In this document: piece by piece, positions 19,735-29,300 of the stretch
How positions within the stretch are numbered: position 1 is the stretch's first letter
How the letters are laid out: every line of letters begins with the position of its first letter
Program-made: the position numbers and the translations under genes
Notes under the pieces: generated by a model
Seen by the model: the letters and a program-made list of their open reading frames with translations, nothing else
Told to the model about the DNA's origin: nothing
Database searches by the model: none
IMG/VR virus record: IMGVR_UViG_3300044971_002537
Span: 1-64,000 of that record
Reading direction: 5' to 3' (one strand)
DNA length: 64,000 nucleotides
DNA from: a virus

Positions 19735-20389
19735 CAGAGACCTATCTTGGGTGAGAGATTTTGATTCTGATGTAAGAGTGAATATTATAACTAAATCAGA
19801 ATCGAAAGACATAGATTATGGTCATAGCGTCTTAAAAGTAAAGAATATAGGTCGCGACGTCCACACCTTTTTTAAGAGTATTTCTATACTCAGGAATTGC
19901 CCAAAGCCGACGCCAGACTACATAGTATTTTTTCTCCAAGACTATCCGTTCGATCATTTTGAGAATTGTGTTGACACTGTCAACAATTTGGTCCTCGACA
20001 GAGCGAATGTGTCTATCGGTGGGTTCTTTGCTTTTCATTATAATACCATTGGCACAATGTGGAGACTGTCTCGATCTGAGCATTTCGCTGGCTCGGTCTT
20101 GAAATGTCTAGCCAATGGAATGCCGCAAGATCATAACTCAGAAATAGATGTGGACAGATATTGGCGGCTCCTTTTTACTGGAGACCCACCACCTCACTAC
20201 GAATTCAATCCCGGTGGACATTTCGCAATAACCCACGAACACATATTCATTAGGCCAAGAGCTTTCTATCTCAAAATAATTGAACTCCTTGAGACAGAGA
20301 AGGTAGCTCCTTGGATTATAGAGCGGCTTGAACTATATATTTTTGACGAAAGATACGAAATACATGATCACTACAGACCTAACTGGTAA
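19703..20389 (+). CDS. DUF3431-like protein
   Basis: VVISHYDRDLSW, NIGRDVHT, FLQDYPFDH, PGGHF, IERL. Confidence 0.65.
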   Translation: MHTEVVISHYDRDLSWVRDFDSDVRVNIITKSESKDIDYGHSVLKVKNIGRDVHTFFKSISILRNCPKPTPDYIVFFLQDYPFDHFENCVDTVNNLVLDRANVSIGGFFAFHYNTIGTMWRLSRSEHFAGSVLKCLANGMPQDHNSEIDVDRYWRLLFTGDPPPHYEFNPGGHFAITHEHIFIRPRAFYLKIIELLETEKVAPWIIERLELYIFDERYEIHDHYRPNW

Positions 20390-21272
20390 TTTTGGAAATT
20401 CTGCCTTTCAGATAGCTACTCTTAGATCTATAGCCTCTGATCTCGGATACGAATGGGGGACACCAAGTAACTTCAGCTATGATTACCATAGAGGTATGAA
20501 TCAATTTTTCTTTATGGATATGGACTTTGGGAAGCCGGTTCAGGGCATAGAGCATACCATATGTGAAAAATGGTCGTTCTATAATCACGCAGACAGGGTG
20601 AATATTACCAGACTTGACAAAGACCTATATGGTGTTAAGGATAACACTAAAATCTATGGCCATGATTCTGCGGCTGGAGCGTTGCTTCAGTCAGAAGATT
20701 ACTTTTGGCATAGAAAAGATGAAGTGAGAGAGTGGTTTAGATATAATCCAGAGCACAAGGAGAGACTGGCCTTAAGATGTAGTGATTTGGGCATCTCATT
20801 CGGGGACGAGTTATGCGTGATCAATGTCCGTGGAGGAGAGTATAAGTCTATTCCGGCCTGCCTTTTAAGGCCAGAGTATTGGAAGATGGCAATGGAGACG
20901 AAGTTAAAAGAGAATCCGAAGATGCAATTTATATGTGTGTCAGACGATCCCGGCTATGCATCTGCTCTTTTCCCCGGCATGCGAGTAATCCACGAAGGAA
21001 TAGATTTAGACTTTTACATAGTCAATAATGCTAAAGAACTAATCTTGGCAAATTCCACCTTCAGTTGGTGGGCGGCGTGGCTCGGAGACGCGGAGACTTC
21101 TAGAATCATCGCACCAAAATACTGGGCTCGCTGGAACGTCTCAGACGGTTACTGGAGCATTGGAGACTCTTGGTCTAGGAGATTCACCTACATGGACAGG
21201 GAGGGCCTCCTGAGCGACTCAGAGAGTTGCAAGAAAATGGCTGAAGATTATTACGAAAAGAGACTTCTATGA
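20364..21272 (+). CDS. Second GT11-like glycosyltransferase
   Basis: GNFGNSAFQ, NVRGGEY, SDD, ANSTFSWWAAWL. Confidence 0.8.
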   Translation: MITTDLTGNFGNSAFQIATLRSIASDLGYEWGTPSNFSYDYHRGMNQFFFMDMDFGKPVQGIEHTICEKWSFYNHADRVNITRLDKDLYGVKDNTKIYGHDSAAGALLQSEDYFWHRKDEVREWFRYNPEHKERLALRCSDLGISFGDELCVINVRGGEYKSIPACLLRPEYWKMAMETKLKENPKMQFICVSDDPGYASALFPGMRVIHEGIDLDFYIVNNAKELILANSTFSWWAAWLGDAETSRIIAPKYWARWNVSDGYWSIGDSWSRRFTYMDREGLLSDSESCKKMAEDYYEKRLL

Positions 21273-22090
21273 TATATGACACATTCTGCTTCTTCAACGA
21301 GCTTGATATCCTCGAAATACGCCTTAAGACTCTCTATGATCAAATAGATAGGTTCGTAATAAGTGAATCTTCAGTAACTCATACTGGTAAGCCTAAAGAT
21401 TTTATCTTTGAGCAAAACAAAGGCAGGTTTGAAAAGTATCTAGACAAGATCATGCATATAAAGGTCTTTGATACTCCAAATGAGTTCTACGCACTAGATA
21501 GTTCAGAAGATGAGATTTTCTATTTCATCAATACTCAGGTCAATAGATTTGACAAGCATAGGGAGCCGCACTATGGCAGGGACTTCTTCCAGAAGGAGAC
21601 TGTCCGAAGAGCTTTGGTTGACTGTAAAGATGATGACATAATAATGTTTTCAGACTGCGACGAAATACCGAACCCTGAGTCCGTGCATGATTCAGTATGT
21701 ATGTGCTCTGATAAGATAGTAGCCTTAAATCAGCCACAATACTATTACTATGTCAATTGTCTTAAAGATAGTGGCTGGTTGGGTACGAGAATTTCCAGTT
21801 GGGGACATGTAAAGGCAATGTCTTTCAATGAGATGAGGGTGTCGAAAGATATTGTTGTGTCGAACGCCGGATGGCATTATTCATTCATGGGTGGAAGTGA
21901 ACTCGTTAAACAAAAGATTTCTGCTTTTTCTGCTCAAGAATTAGTAAACGGCTCTACTATAATGATGGTAGATGAGAATATCAAGCATTTGTTAGATCCC
22001 CTCTCAAGGGGCGATAGGCTGAAGAAAGTCAAACTAGCTGGGCCTCCATGTATTCTCGAATATCCGCACCTGATTTATAGTATTTATTAG
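21269..22090 (+). CDS. Glycosyltransferase family 17
   Basis: YDTFCFFNELDILEIRL, ESSVTHTGKPK, SDCDEIP, GWHYSFMGG. Confidence 0.85.
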   Translation: MIYDTFCFFNELDILEIRLKTLYDQIDRFVISESSVTHTGKPKDFIFEQNKGRFEKYLDKIMHIKVFDTPNEFYALDSSEDEIFYFINTQVNRFDKHREPHYGRDFFQKETVRRALVDCKDDDIIMFSDCDEIPNPESVHDSVCMCSDKIVALNQPQYYYYVNCLKDSGWLGTRISSWGHVKAMSFNEMRVSKDIVVSNAGWHYSFMGGSELVKQKISAFSAQELVNGSTIMMVDENIKHLLDPLSRGDRLKKVKLAGPPCILEYPHLIYSIY

Positions 22091-22099
22091 ACATTTTCT

Positions 22100-22363
22100 A
22101 TGGCCTCATACCGAATACCGTGCGGAAAACATAAGGGCAAGACTGCTGACAGCCTATCAGATAACATTCTGGCAGGACTGGTGTGGGCTTACCGGCCTGA
22201 CGGATTGAATGACGAAGAACTCCACGGGGAATGCTTTGCGGTCCTCTACGAGCGTCATGGGACGGCTAAAGCTGTTGTTGGACTTGTTGATGGATTTGAG
22301 AAGTGGGCTAGGCCAACGAAAAAAGGGAGGACGCAAATTGCATCCTCCCTTTCTGAGATCTAG
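22100..22363 (+). CDS. Small protein with a PxGKHKG motif (DUF3820-like)
   Basis: RIPCGKHKGK. Confidence 0.45.
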   Translation: MASYRIPCGKHKGKTADSLSDNILAGLVWAYRPDGLNDEELHGECFAVLYERHGTAKAVVGLVDGFEKWARPTKKGRTQIASSLSEI

Positions 22364-22692
22364 GAGTTATTACGATGCTCCTAACAAAGATCAAAGCTAA
22401 TCCAGAAGAGATTAAGATACTGGAAGTATCCTATACGGAGTTCCTTGCCGAAAAGCTATCTGAAAAACTAATGCACAAAGTGTCAGATAGTCCTAAGATC
22501 ATTAAGCGAGCTAGTTTCGTGGCTTCGTCTGAACACATGTTCATCGAAGGGGCATTCGCTATTGCAGTTCATGATCTGCTTAACAAAATTGGCAAAGAAT
22601 TCAATAAGTTTACCAATTTCTATGTATTCTACGACCTCACTTGTTGGAGGAGGCCAACGCATGAGGTGATAGCATATATAGATGTAGTAGAA

Positions 22693-23214
22693 TTAGCAGG
22701 CACACCTGAAGCCTAAATTGTCTTTCTGGTCTTCCGAGACTACTGTTCCAGTGAAGATCTGATAATGTTTCCAGAGATCTTCTCTCTCGCGATATCCATC
22801 ATCAACACTATCTTCATAGACACACAACGATGGATCGCTGTCTGCCAATTCTCTCAGTAAGTACTCCATGCGGAGCCCATATCTCTTGCAGAAAGAGATG
22901 AGCCATGCTTCCGAGACCCCCTTATCGGGAATCATGGGTGCCCCAAAGGATGGGTGGCTCCAGTGGTGCTTCATATCCGTGACGGTGTCTGGATATAGGC
23001 ACACATAGAATGATTCACCAGCTACAACTCGCTTCCCGAAGGGGTTAACGATCCCAATTGGTGAATCGGATCGCTCCATGTGAGTTGTGGAACCGGGAGA
23101 GAAACCAATGTGCTCTCCGGGCTTAAGACCCTCGGAGGCAATAACTGGGGCGATAGCAATATGGATTGCGTCACGAACAGCATTAGGCTGGATTGGATTA
23201 GTCAGCGGATTCAT
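22693..23214 (-). CDS. Conserved hypothetical phage protein
   Basis: RDAIHIAIAPV...GIVNPF...LYPDTVT.MKHHWSHP. Confidence 0.55.
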   Translation of the reverse strand: MNPLTNPIQPNAVRDAIHIAIAPVIASEGLKPGEHIGFSPGSTTHMERSDSPIGIVNPFGKRVVAGESFYVCLYPDTVTDMKHHWSHPSFGAPMIPDKGVSEAWLISFCKRYGLRMEYLLRELADSDPSLCVYEDSVDDGYREREDLWKHYQIFTGTVVSEDQKDNLGFRCAC

Positions 23215-24040
23215 TCTGGGAATTCTAGCTCTGAATTCAGAGCGGCACTAGCAAAAGCATTTAAAATAATATGGTCATTTGGTGGGGCAAGTAGGTGCTG
23301 AGAGAGCACTCGAAACATCTCTCCCATAAGACGTGCAAGCTCAAACTGAGAGCTTGCGGACCTCATAGGTGAGCCAACCATTTTTAACGCCGATGAAGAT
23401 AACTCACAAGTGAACTCTCGATCATATTGATCGCGAATATCGGCTCTGATTCTAATTTCTTGAGACATTGTATTCCTTAGTAAAGGTCGGCTAAATAGCC
23501 GACAAGGCCGAATAAAATAGTAGAGCCAGATACGAAGGAGACTTTTGATAAAAGTCGTCTGGATACGTTGGTTTTGAAGTAAGCCAGCCAGACCCAAGCC
23601 TCTCCGAGGAATCCGATAACGATTAAGATCTTAGAGATTGTCATGGCTTCGCCACTTTCTTTTTAGCTTCTGTTTGTTCGGGTTTAACATGGAAAGTACT
23701 AGGTACTTCCTTGAGACTAGTTGGTGGGTCTTTTCTAATTGCATCATAATATGCTGCACTAAATGACATGGCTAAAGCTCCTTAGTCTCATTGTCCCACT
23801 GATATTTTCTTACTGCCGCATCTAGCATATCTTTCATATGAGAAGCTCTTATGCCAGAACTTTCCTCGTACCAGTAGGAACCATTATAGGTTCGGTAAAA
23901 AGTAATGTCAGATTGCCATCTTTTTCGCCACAAGAACCCTACTTTCGTAAGCAGTTCTACTTCGACCAAATAATTGGTTAAACCAATCCTTTGAACCGAT
24001 TTGATATTGTACTTGTGTTCTATCATGCTTGGTCCCCACA

Positions 24041-25150
24041 TTACAGCTCCACAACCCTCTCTATCACGAATGAGCGTTTCTTCCCTAATTCCCCATAGAT
24101 GGCGACCATCGCCCCGTCGTAGAGGAATCTGCCGTAGGTCTCATATTGATCAGCAAAGCACACAATATTATCGATTTCAGCGGAATCGTCGCTTGCGACG
24201 ATGAAGCACATCTTCTTGTCTGAAGACTTAATCACATGTTCTTTAACCTCAGAGATCCTTACGACGATAGTCCTCTTGCCCGGCTTACCCCTCATAATTT
24301 CTTTGCAGGTGGTATCCGCTACGCCTGCTGCTAAGCAAGCGTCCATATAGCTACATGACAGAGTAATCCCGATCGCAGCCTCCTCAGACGCAGCGATCTT
24401 CCCCGGCAGGTCGTGTAAGATTCTACCCGGATTTGTCAAGCGTTCAAGGATAATCTTCAATTTTTCTACGCGACCCTTGGTGGCACAGGCTCCACCTTCC
24501 TTCTTAAGCAGACAAGCTGCTTCCAAGGCTTCTGCTGGCGTCTTGAAGGACCTGTCCGTAAAGAAAGCCAGCTCTTTGTCGGACAGGTCAGAGAAGCACT
24601 CGTAATAGTGGAGCAGGGCCGCTCTGGAAACCCCCAGATAATGGAAGCACCCACAGTTAATGAGAGCTTCACAGGTCCTCTTGTTGATATGTGGCAGGAT
24701 TTCAGTCAGGTAGGTGACTAGGGATGCTCGAACCCCGTGAGTTCGCATTAATGCGAATAGCTTCTCTAATTCGCGATTAGCTACACCTTTGATATGGGAG
24801 AGGCCAAATACAACAGCCTCTCCCTTGATGAAGAAACCTTCCGTGAGGTATTCACACGAGGGCGGGAGAATCTCGATATTGTCCAACTTAGCAGACAGAA
24901 CCAGATTACGGACTTCCGCATGTGGATCTAACTTATGAGATGAATACTTTAACCATACCTCATAGAACTTTAGTGGTTTGTGGGCCTTGATATATGCCGA
25001 CCAATAAGAAGGGAATGAATAAGATACCGCGTGTGAATTGCTTGTAGCTACTCCGTTGGCGAAATAAATATGAGATTCTGAGTCTACCTCGATATCTACC
25101 GATCTAGAGGTTCCCAAAGAAGAGACTGAGAGTATTCTTTTAGCTTGCAT
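24041..25150 (-). CDS. dnaE: DnaE C-terminal part preceded by the C-half of a split intein
   Basis: IntC (38 aa) MQAKRIL...DIEVDSESHIYFANGVATSN, then SHAVSYS...YIKAH, FGLSHIKGV (HhH), INKRTCEALINCGCF and an OB fold (KMCFI.ASDDS). Confidence 0.9.
   Translation of the reverse strand: MQAKRILSVSSLGTSRSVDIEVDSESHIYFANGVATSNSHAVSYSFPSYWSAYIKAHKPLKFYEVWLKYSSHKLDPHAEVRNLVLSAKLDNIEILPPSCEYLTEGFFIKGEAVVFGLSHIKGVANRELEKLFALMRTHGVRASLVTYLTEILPHINKRTCEALINCGCFHYLGVSRAALLHYYECFSDLSDKELAFFTDRSFKTPAEALEAACLLKKEGGACATKGRVEKLKIILERLTNPGRILHDLPGKIAASEEAAIGITLSCSYMDACLAAGVADTTCKEIMRGKPGKRTIVVRISEVKEHVIKSSDKKMCFIVASDDSAEIDNIVCFADQYETYGRFLYDGAMVAIYGELGKKRSFVIERVVEL
25037..25150 (-). mobile_element. Split intein C-fragment (DnaE)
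   Basis: Block F/G pattern VDIEV...H.YFANG..TSN followed by a Ser nucleophile. Confidence 0.9.
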
Positions 25151-26025
25151 CCTATTTCCTCTGAACGGTTTAAAATGTCGCATTCCCATAATCTGATGAA
25201 TCTCTCGCCGGTCATTATGGCGTTCTTCTTATAGTCATTTACAGCATTTACTTTTTGAGTTTTGGTTTTTGGGCCATTGGGATAAATCTTAGGATTAGAG
25301 TGAAAATAGTCTCCGTCAACTTCGAGATACGTGTCCAGATCTATAAGGTAGAAATCGAATGAGAAGAAGGATACTCTTTTTTCCTCTTCATATTTGACAC
25401 CGATGGAGTCTAGGATTTCAGCCATTCTAATATGCGGCTTGCTTTTAGTCTGCTTGAAGACGCCTCTCTTTATCGAGGCTAGAGTAGTTTCTCTTAGCCG
25501 TTGTTTCGTCTTCTCTGAATGGGGCATTCCAGTATGGCCATGTACTAATCTTTTCTTTGCCGATTCACTTTGTTTACTCTTGGTCTCGTCTGAGAATTTC
25601 ATCCCGAGACGATCTTCTCCTATTTTCTTCATGATGTCTGAAGTATCGGCAGTCAGCCCCTTATTCCATGCTGGCTTTTTGTACATGGGGTTGTTTTCCC
25701 CAAGCCTTTCGGTCTTAGCCCTTTTTGACCACTCTAGTGTCCCCGGAGTCCTACCGCACGCTAGTTTCTTGTATCTGATGTGAGCACCAGAGATTGTGAG
25801 CTTTAGCGGTTTCTTACAAAGACCACAGGGACATTCTTCTCTAGGAATCTTTAACACATCTAGAAAGTACTCATCCAAACTTAACGAATGATCATTCTTA
25901 AGATGGTCTCTAAAAGCATGAGAGAAATATACTTTGCCGCCTCCTGCCTCCTTTTTGATATCTCCGAGTGATTTTTGACAAATTTCACATTTAGACCAGT
26001 CGTCTCGTGTAATCTCGTAACTCAT
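25096..26025 (-). CDS. Free-standing Vsr-like (DUF559/EDxHD-type) homing endonuclease with NUMOD3-like repeats
   Basis: Cys/His zinc motifs, GENNPMY, HSEKTKQRL, FDFY...LEVDGDYFHS, RLWECD; lies between the intein halves. Confidence 0.8.
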   Translation of the reverse strand: MSYEITRDDWSKCEICQKSLGDIKKEAGGGKVYFSHAFRDHLKNDHSLSLDEYFLDVLKIPREECPCGLCKKPLKLTISGAHIRYKKLACGRTPGTLEWSKRAKTERLGENNPMYKKPAWNKGLTADTSDIMKKIGEDRLGMKFSDETKSKQSESAKKRLVHGHTGMPHSEKTKQRLRETTLASIKRGVFKQTKSKPHIRMAEILDSIGVKYEEEKRVSFFSFDFYLIDLDTYLEVDGDYFHSNPKIYPNGPKTKTQKVNAVNDYKKNAIMTGERFIRLWECDILNRSEEIGCKLKEYSQSLLWEPLDR

Positions 26026-26066
26026 AGTATGGCCTTTCTTTATTAAGTCCCATACTATTGTATACG

Positions 26067-26336
26067 CTATTCCTCACACATCACTCTCTTATTTTCAGAG
26101 ATTATTTGCCACAGTGGAGTCGGAACACCATCTTCACATAGAAGCTTATGGTCTAGAGAGCATTCAATTTCATATCCGTCCTCTAAACAGACCTTGAATA
26201 GTTCCACCTCGCCATTTTCCATTTTATCTAGAACTTTAACCATGCCGTCTGGACTATTGACACAATCCCCTATCTTGAGTTCATCTATAGTTAAATTACC
26301 CCTATTAGAATCTACTATAGATAAAGGAGATACGCA
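26067..26336 (-). mobile_element. Split intein N-fragment (DnaE), 89 aa
   Basis: Starts with Cys (block A), has block B C-S-L-D-H, and ends at a stop codon. Confidence 0.9.
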
Positions 26337-27683
26337 TTTATTAAACCCGTATCTCGCAGAAGCTTTGATATTGTCAAATAGTGATTTTGCTTCTTCGTCT
26401 TTTAGAATACCGACTCTCTTACATCCAGACAAGAATTGGTTTTCCAGAGAGAATAACTTTTTCGCATCCTTCTTCGCCGCCCCCTTCATCATTGAAAGAC
26501 TGTCAGCGGAGTTGAAGCCAGACAGTATCTTACAAATTCTCAGTAGGGTTTCTTGATAGATTAGGACACCGTAAGTGTCGATCACTTTGTTAATCGGAGT
26601 ATCATCTACTGCCTCTATTCCGTTCTTTCTATCAGCATAGACCTTGGTCATTGACCTTCCGGTCGTATCCCTAGCCTGAAGCGAACCGGGACGAATCACG
26701 CTTATGACTGCTGCAAGCTCTTCGATATCGCGAGGGCGAATTTCCTTAGACCAGTCCCTGCCGAGATGATTTTCGATCTGAAAACAACCCTTAGTATTTC
26801 CGGACCCAATAACATTCCAAGCTTCTTCGTCCGTAAGGGGCACGTCTACGATCCCAACGCCGTAGGCTTCTTGAATCTTATTGAGAATATCTACCCCGAG
26901 AAAGTCGAACTTAACAAGACCGGCCTTCTCCAGCCATGCCATATCAAAGGCGGCTATCGCCGAGCCATCTTTGGCGAGGCACATTGGGCTAACTTTAGCC
27001 ACTTCCTCAGAGGAAATGATTACGCCTGCTGCGTGTTTGCCCTGATTCTGGAAGGTCCCCTCTAGGGCGATAGCCTTACGGAAGATGTCGGCGTAGTCGC
27101 CGACTAAGATACCATCCTCAATTCGGCAATAGTCTGCGATTTTATCTCCATCGTTATGGAGCATCCATGAGATGATACTGTCTTCCCCTGTCTCTTCAAG
27201 TTGGTCGGAGATGGCTGCTTCGTCGGGGATTCCCTCCGTGACGATATTCATAGTTTCAAAGTCATAGCCGCCCTCGACTCGCATGACAGCTTTAACTGCG
27301 GAACGTCCCGATAACCGACCGAAGGTTGTAATCTGGCAGACCTTGTCAGGACCATACTTGGTCCTAACGTAATCGATAGCCTTCTCACGATAGTCCGTAG
27401 GAAAGTCCACGTCGATGTCGGGGAGGGCCGTAGAGGCCTTCGTGAAGGAGCAAGGCTTAGTTAGGTCGATATGGTCGACCTTGCCCGCTATGTACATAAT
27501 GAAGGAGTTCTTGGGATTACTCCGATCAAGCTGCACGTTCTTTAGAACGTGCTCATAGTAGGCTTTACCATCCGGCAACGAGTCTCGCAGAGACTCCTCT
27601 TCCAGTAAAAAGGAAGCGGCCCCATCAGAGATTTCCAGATGGCGTTCTAAGGAAATGATTTGCTCTGTCGACAATCCGGTCAT
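26067..27683 (-). CDS. dnaE: DnaE catalytic middle part followed by the N-half of a split intein
   Basis: LPDIDVDF, QITTFG, GKHAAGVII, GLVKFDFLG, GCFQIE, RPG, TYGVLIYQE, YGFNK, then IntN CVSPLS...CSLDHKLL. Start MTGLS follows GGAG. Confidence 0.9.
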   Translation of the reverse strand: MTGLSTEQIISLERHLEISDGAASFLLEEESLRDSLPDGKAYYEHVLKNVQLDRSNPKNSFIMYIAGKVDHIDLTKPCSFTKASTALPDIDVDFPTDYREKAIDYVRTKYGPDKVCQITTFGRLSGRSAVKAVMRVEGGYDFETMNIVTEGIPDEAAISDQLEETGEDSIISWMLHNDGDKIADYCRIEDGILVGDYADIFRKAIALEGTFQNQGKHAAGVIISSEEVAKVSPMCLAKDGSAIAAFDMAWLEKAGLVKFDFLGVDILNKIQEAYGVGIVDVPLTDEEAWNVIGSGNTKGCFQIENHLGRDWSKEIRPRDIEELAAVISVIRPGSLQARDTTGRSMTKVYADRKNGIEAVDDTPINKVIDTYGVLIYQETLLRICKILSGFNSADSLSMMKGAAKKDAKKLFSLENQFLSGCKRVGILKDEEAKSLFDNIKASARYGFNKCVSPLSIVDSNRGNLTIDELKIGDCVNSPDGMVKVLDKMENGEVELFKVCLEDGYEIECSLDHKLLCEDGVPTPLWQIISENKRVMCEE

Positions 27684-27950
27684 ATTAGTCTCCGCAATTC
27701 CCAAAAGCAGTTCCAAGAATTCCACTCAGGCCATCTCCATCTCCACTGTCGGCTTTAAGCCTCATGATCCTGTCAATGCTAGCCTGACCCATTTTAACAT
27801 GGGAGAGTGAGATTTGCAAGGAGATATCTGACTTAAGCAGATTGGGATAGTCAGCCTCTAATGCTTCGGAAGGACTTCCTCGTTTTTCGAGCCAAAATTC
27901 CCACATATCTATGTTTTCACTCATGCCACTAACTGAGGACCTTAGGCCCG

Positions 27951-28214
27951 TCAGCCCCTTTCTATTTTACTGTGAGGCACAGCCTCTTGACACTCACATG
28001 GTTGGGAGATATGAACTCGTAGAGCCTCAGTGATTTGCTCATCACCGTCACCACCAATAGTATGCTCGCCGCAGGCGAGACACATGTTGACTATGAGTTC
28101 TGGCACCAGAACCCTATGTATGACCTTATCAGATTTGCATTTCCAAGCCTGATCTTTAAGCACGGTTTTAGTGCTTGGTTGTTTACAATTAAAGCACGGA
28201 CTTACGTGAGGCAT
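27951..28214 (-). CDS. YgiT/MqsA-type zinc-finger protein
   Basis: CFNC...VPEL.V..CLACGE...I.EAL. Confidence 0.55.
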   Translation of the reverse strand: MPHVSPCFNCKQPSTKTVLKDQAWKCKSDKVIHRVLVPELIVNMCLACGEHTIGGDGDEQITEALRVHISQPCECQEAVPHSKIERG

Positions 28215-28675
28215 GATTGTCCCTTTCTTGCTGCGGGCGTAGCCCAAAGCAAGTTATTATAGAGCAAAGCGAAGCTATTGCAAGTGACTTCGTTGCGAGT
28301 TTTATAGAAAATGTGGGCGATCTCATGAAAGATAGAGAAAGTGAATTCTCTCATCCCGCAACCTTCGAAGGTCACTGATACCGCTGGCTCGGTAGCTAAG
28401 CCCAATAGACACATGTCCTTATTGATAGATGGCTGTCTATACACCTGATGATGATATAAGAGTTCGCCAGATTCATCCACATAGGCAGACGTATACTTCT
28501 CATCTGCAACACATTTCGTGTAATATTCAAGCATAGAAGGCCAAGATAGCGGCCAAATACCTTGGAGCATACCTAGAGCTGTATTATAGACATCGACATC
28601 CGGGATATCTAGACCCCGCTCGGAGAGACTTTGCCTAACTTTGTTTCTTAGGTAGATAGCGGTGGTCATGTTCAT
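28202..28675 (-). CDS. Putative HExxH metallopeptidase-like protein
   Basis: FSIFHEIAH...NE..CN.FA. Confidence 0.45.
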   Translation of the reverse strand: MNMTTAIYLRNKVRQSLSERGLDIPDVDVYNTALGMLQGIWPLSWPSMLEYYTKCVADEKYTSAYVDESGELLYHHQVYRQPSINKDMCLLGLATEPAVSVTFEGCGMREFTFSIFHEIAHIFYKTRNEVTCNSFALLYNNLLWATPAARKGQSCLT

Positions 28676-28889
28676 GGCTTCGTCCTTATGTAAGCAATTA
28701 ACCTAGCTGCTTCTTCCTTCGTGAGTTTGGCGATAATCTCACCAATCTCTTCTGGAAAGTCTCCAGCGAGAACTTCTTGGCTATTCGGTGGAGATGGAGG
28801 AACAAGTCCCAGAGCTTCCAGAATGTATTCATTACTGAATGCTTCTTCCATATCTCCGAATCGAATTGGAAGAAAAGAACCTGTTGACA

Positions 28890-29300
28890 TTAATAGCACC
28901 CCAAAATGGCTTTATCTTTACTGGCCGCGACGATGATATTTTTTCTTTCATATGCCAGACTCCCACCCATCTTCTTGTAGAAGTCCAAATATGTCCCGTC
29001 TGACCCATCATCGTTCTTGTTTAATCCGATTACAAACTCGACTTCGATCCCATATATCGTATTTACGTGTCCGGGACCAGTTTTTGGCCAAGCTTCTGTG
29101 TATGGTAGGAGCACCATAATCTCTGGAAGTTGGTTTATATCTATGAATAGTGTCTCTGGTTCTATGCCATTCCTTTTAGCGATCGCTATAAGTAAACAGA
29201 TAAGCCTTTTAGAGATCCTACCTTTGAACGAGTCAGAGTCTATGTCATATACCATCATGTCTCTATCGAGACCATCTTTGATGAGTTCGTATAGAGTCAA
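28890..29300 (-). CDS. Hypothetical protein resembling the C-terminal half of a phage major capsid protein
   Basis: DRDMMVYD...GRISKRLI.L...KRNG...LFI...TIYG...FY..MGGSLA...ILGCY; the similarity is from recollection only. Confidence 0.4.
   Translation of the reverse strand: MTLYELIKDGLDRDMMVYDIDSDSFKGRISKRLICLLIAIAKRNGIEPETLFIDINQLPEIMVLLPYTEAWPKTGPGHVNTIYGIEVEFVIGLNKNDDGSDGTYLDFYKKMGGSLAYERKNIIVAASKDKAILGCY

Noticed and set aside
24041-27683. dnaE and ligase fragments as pseudogenes
   Set aside because: Catalytic motifs and intein splice residues are intact, and the C-fragments begin with their own Met codons.
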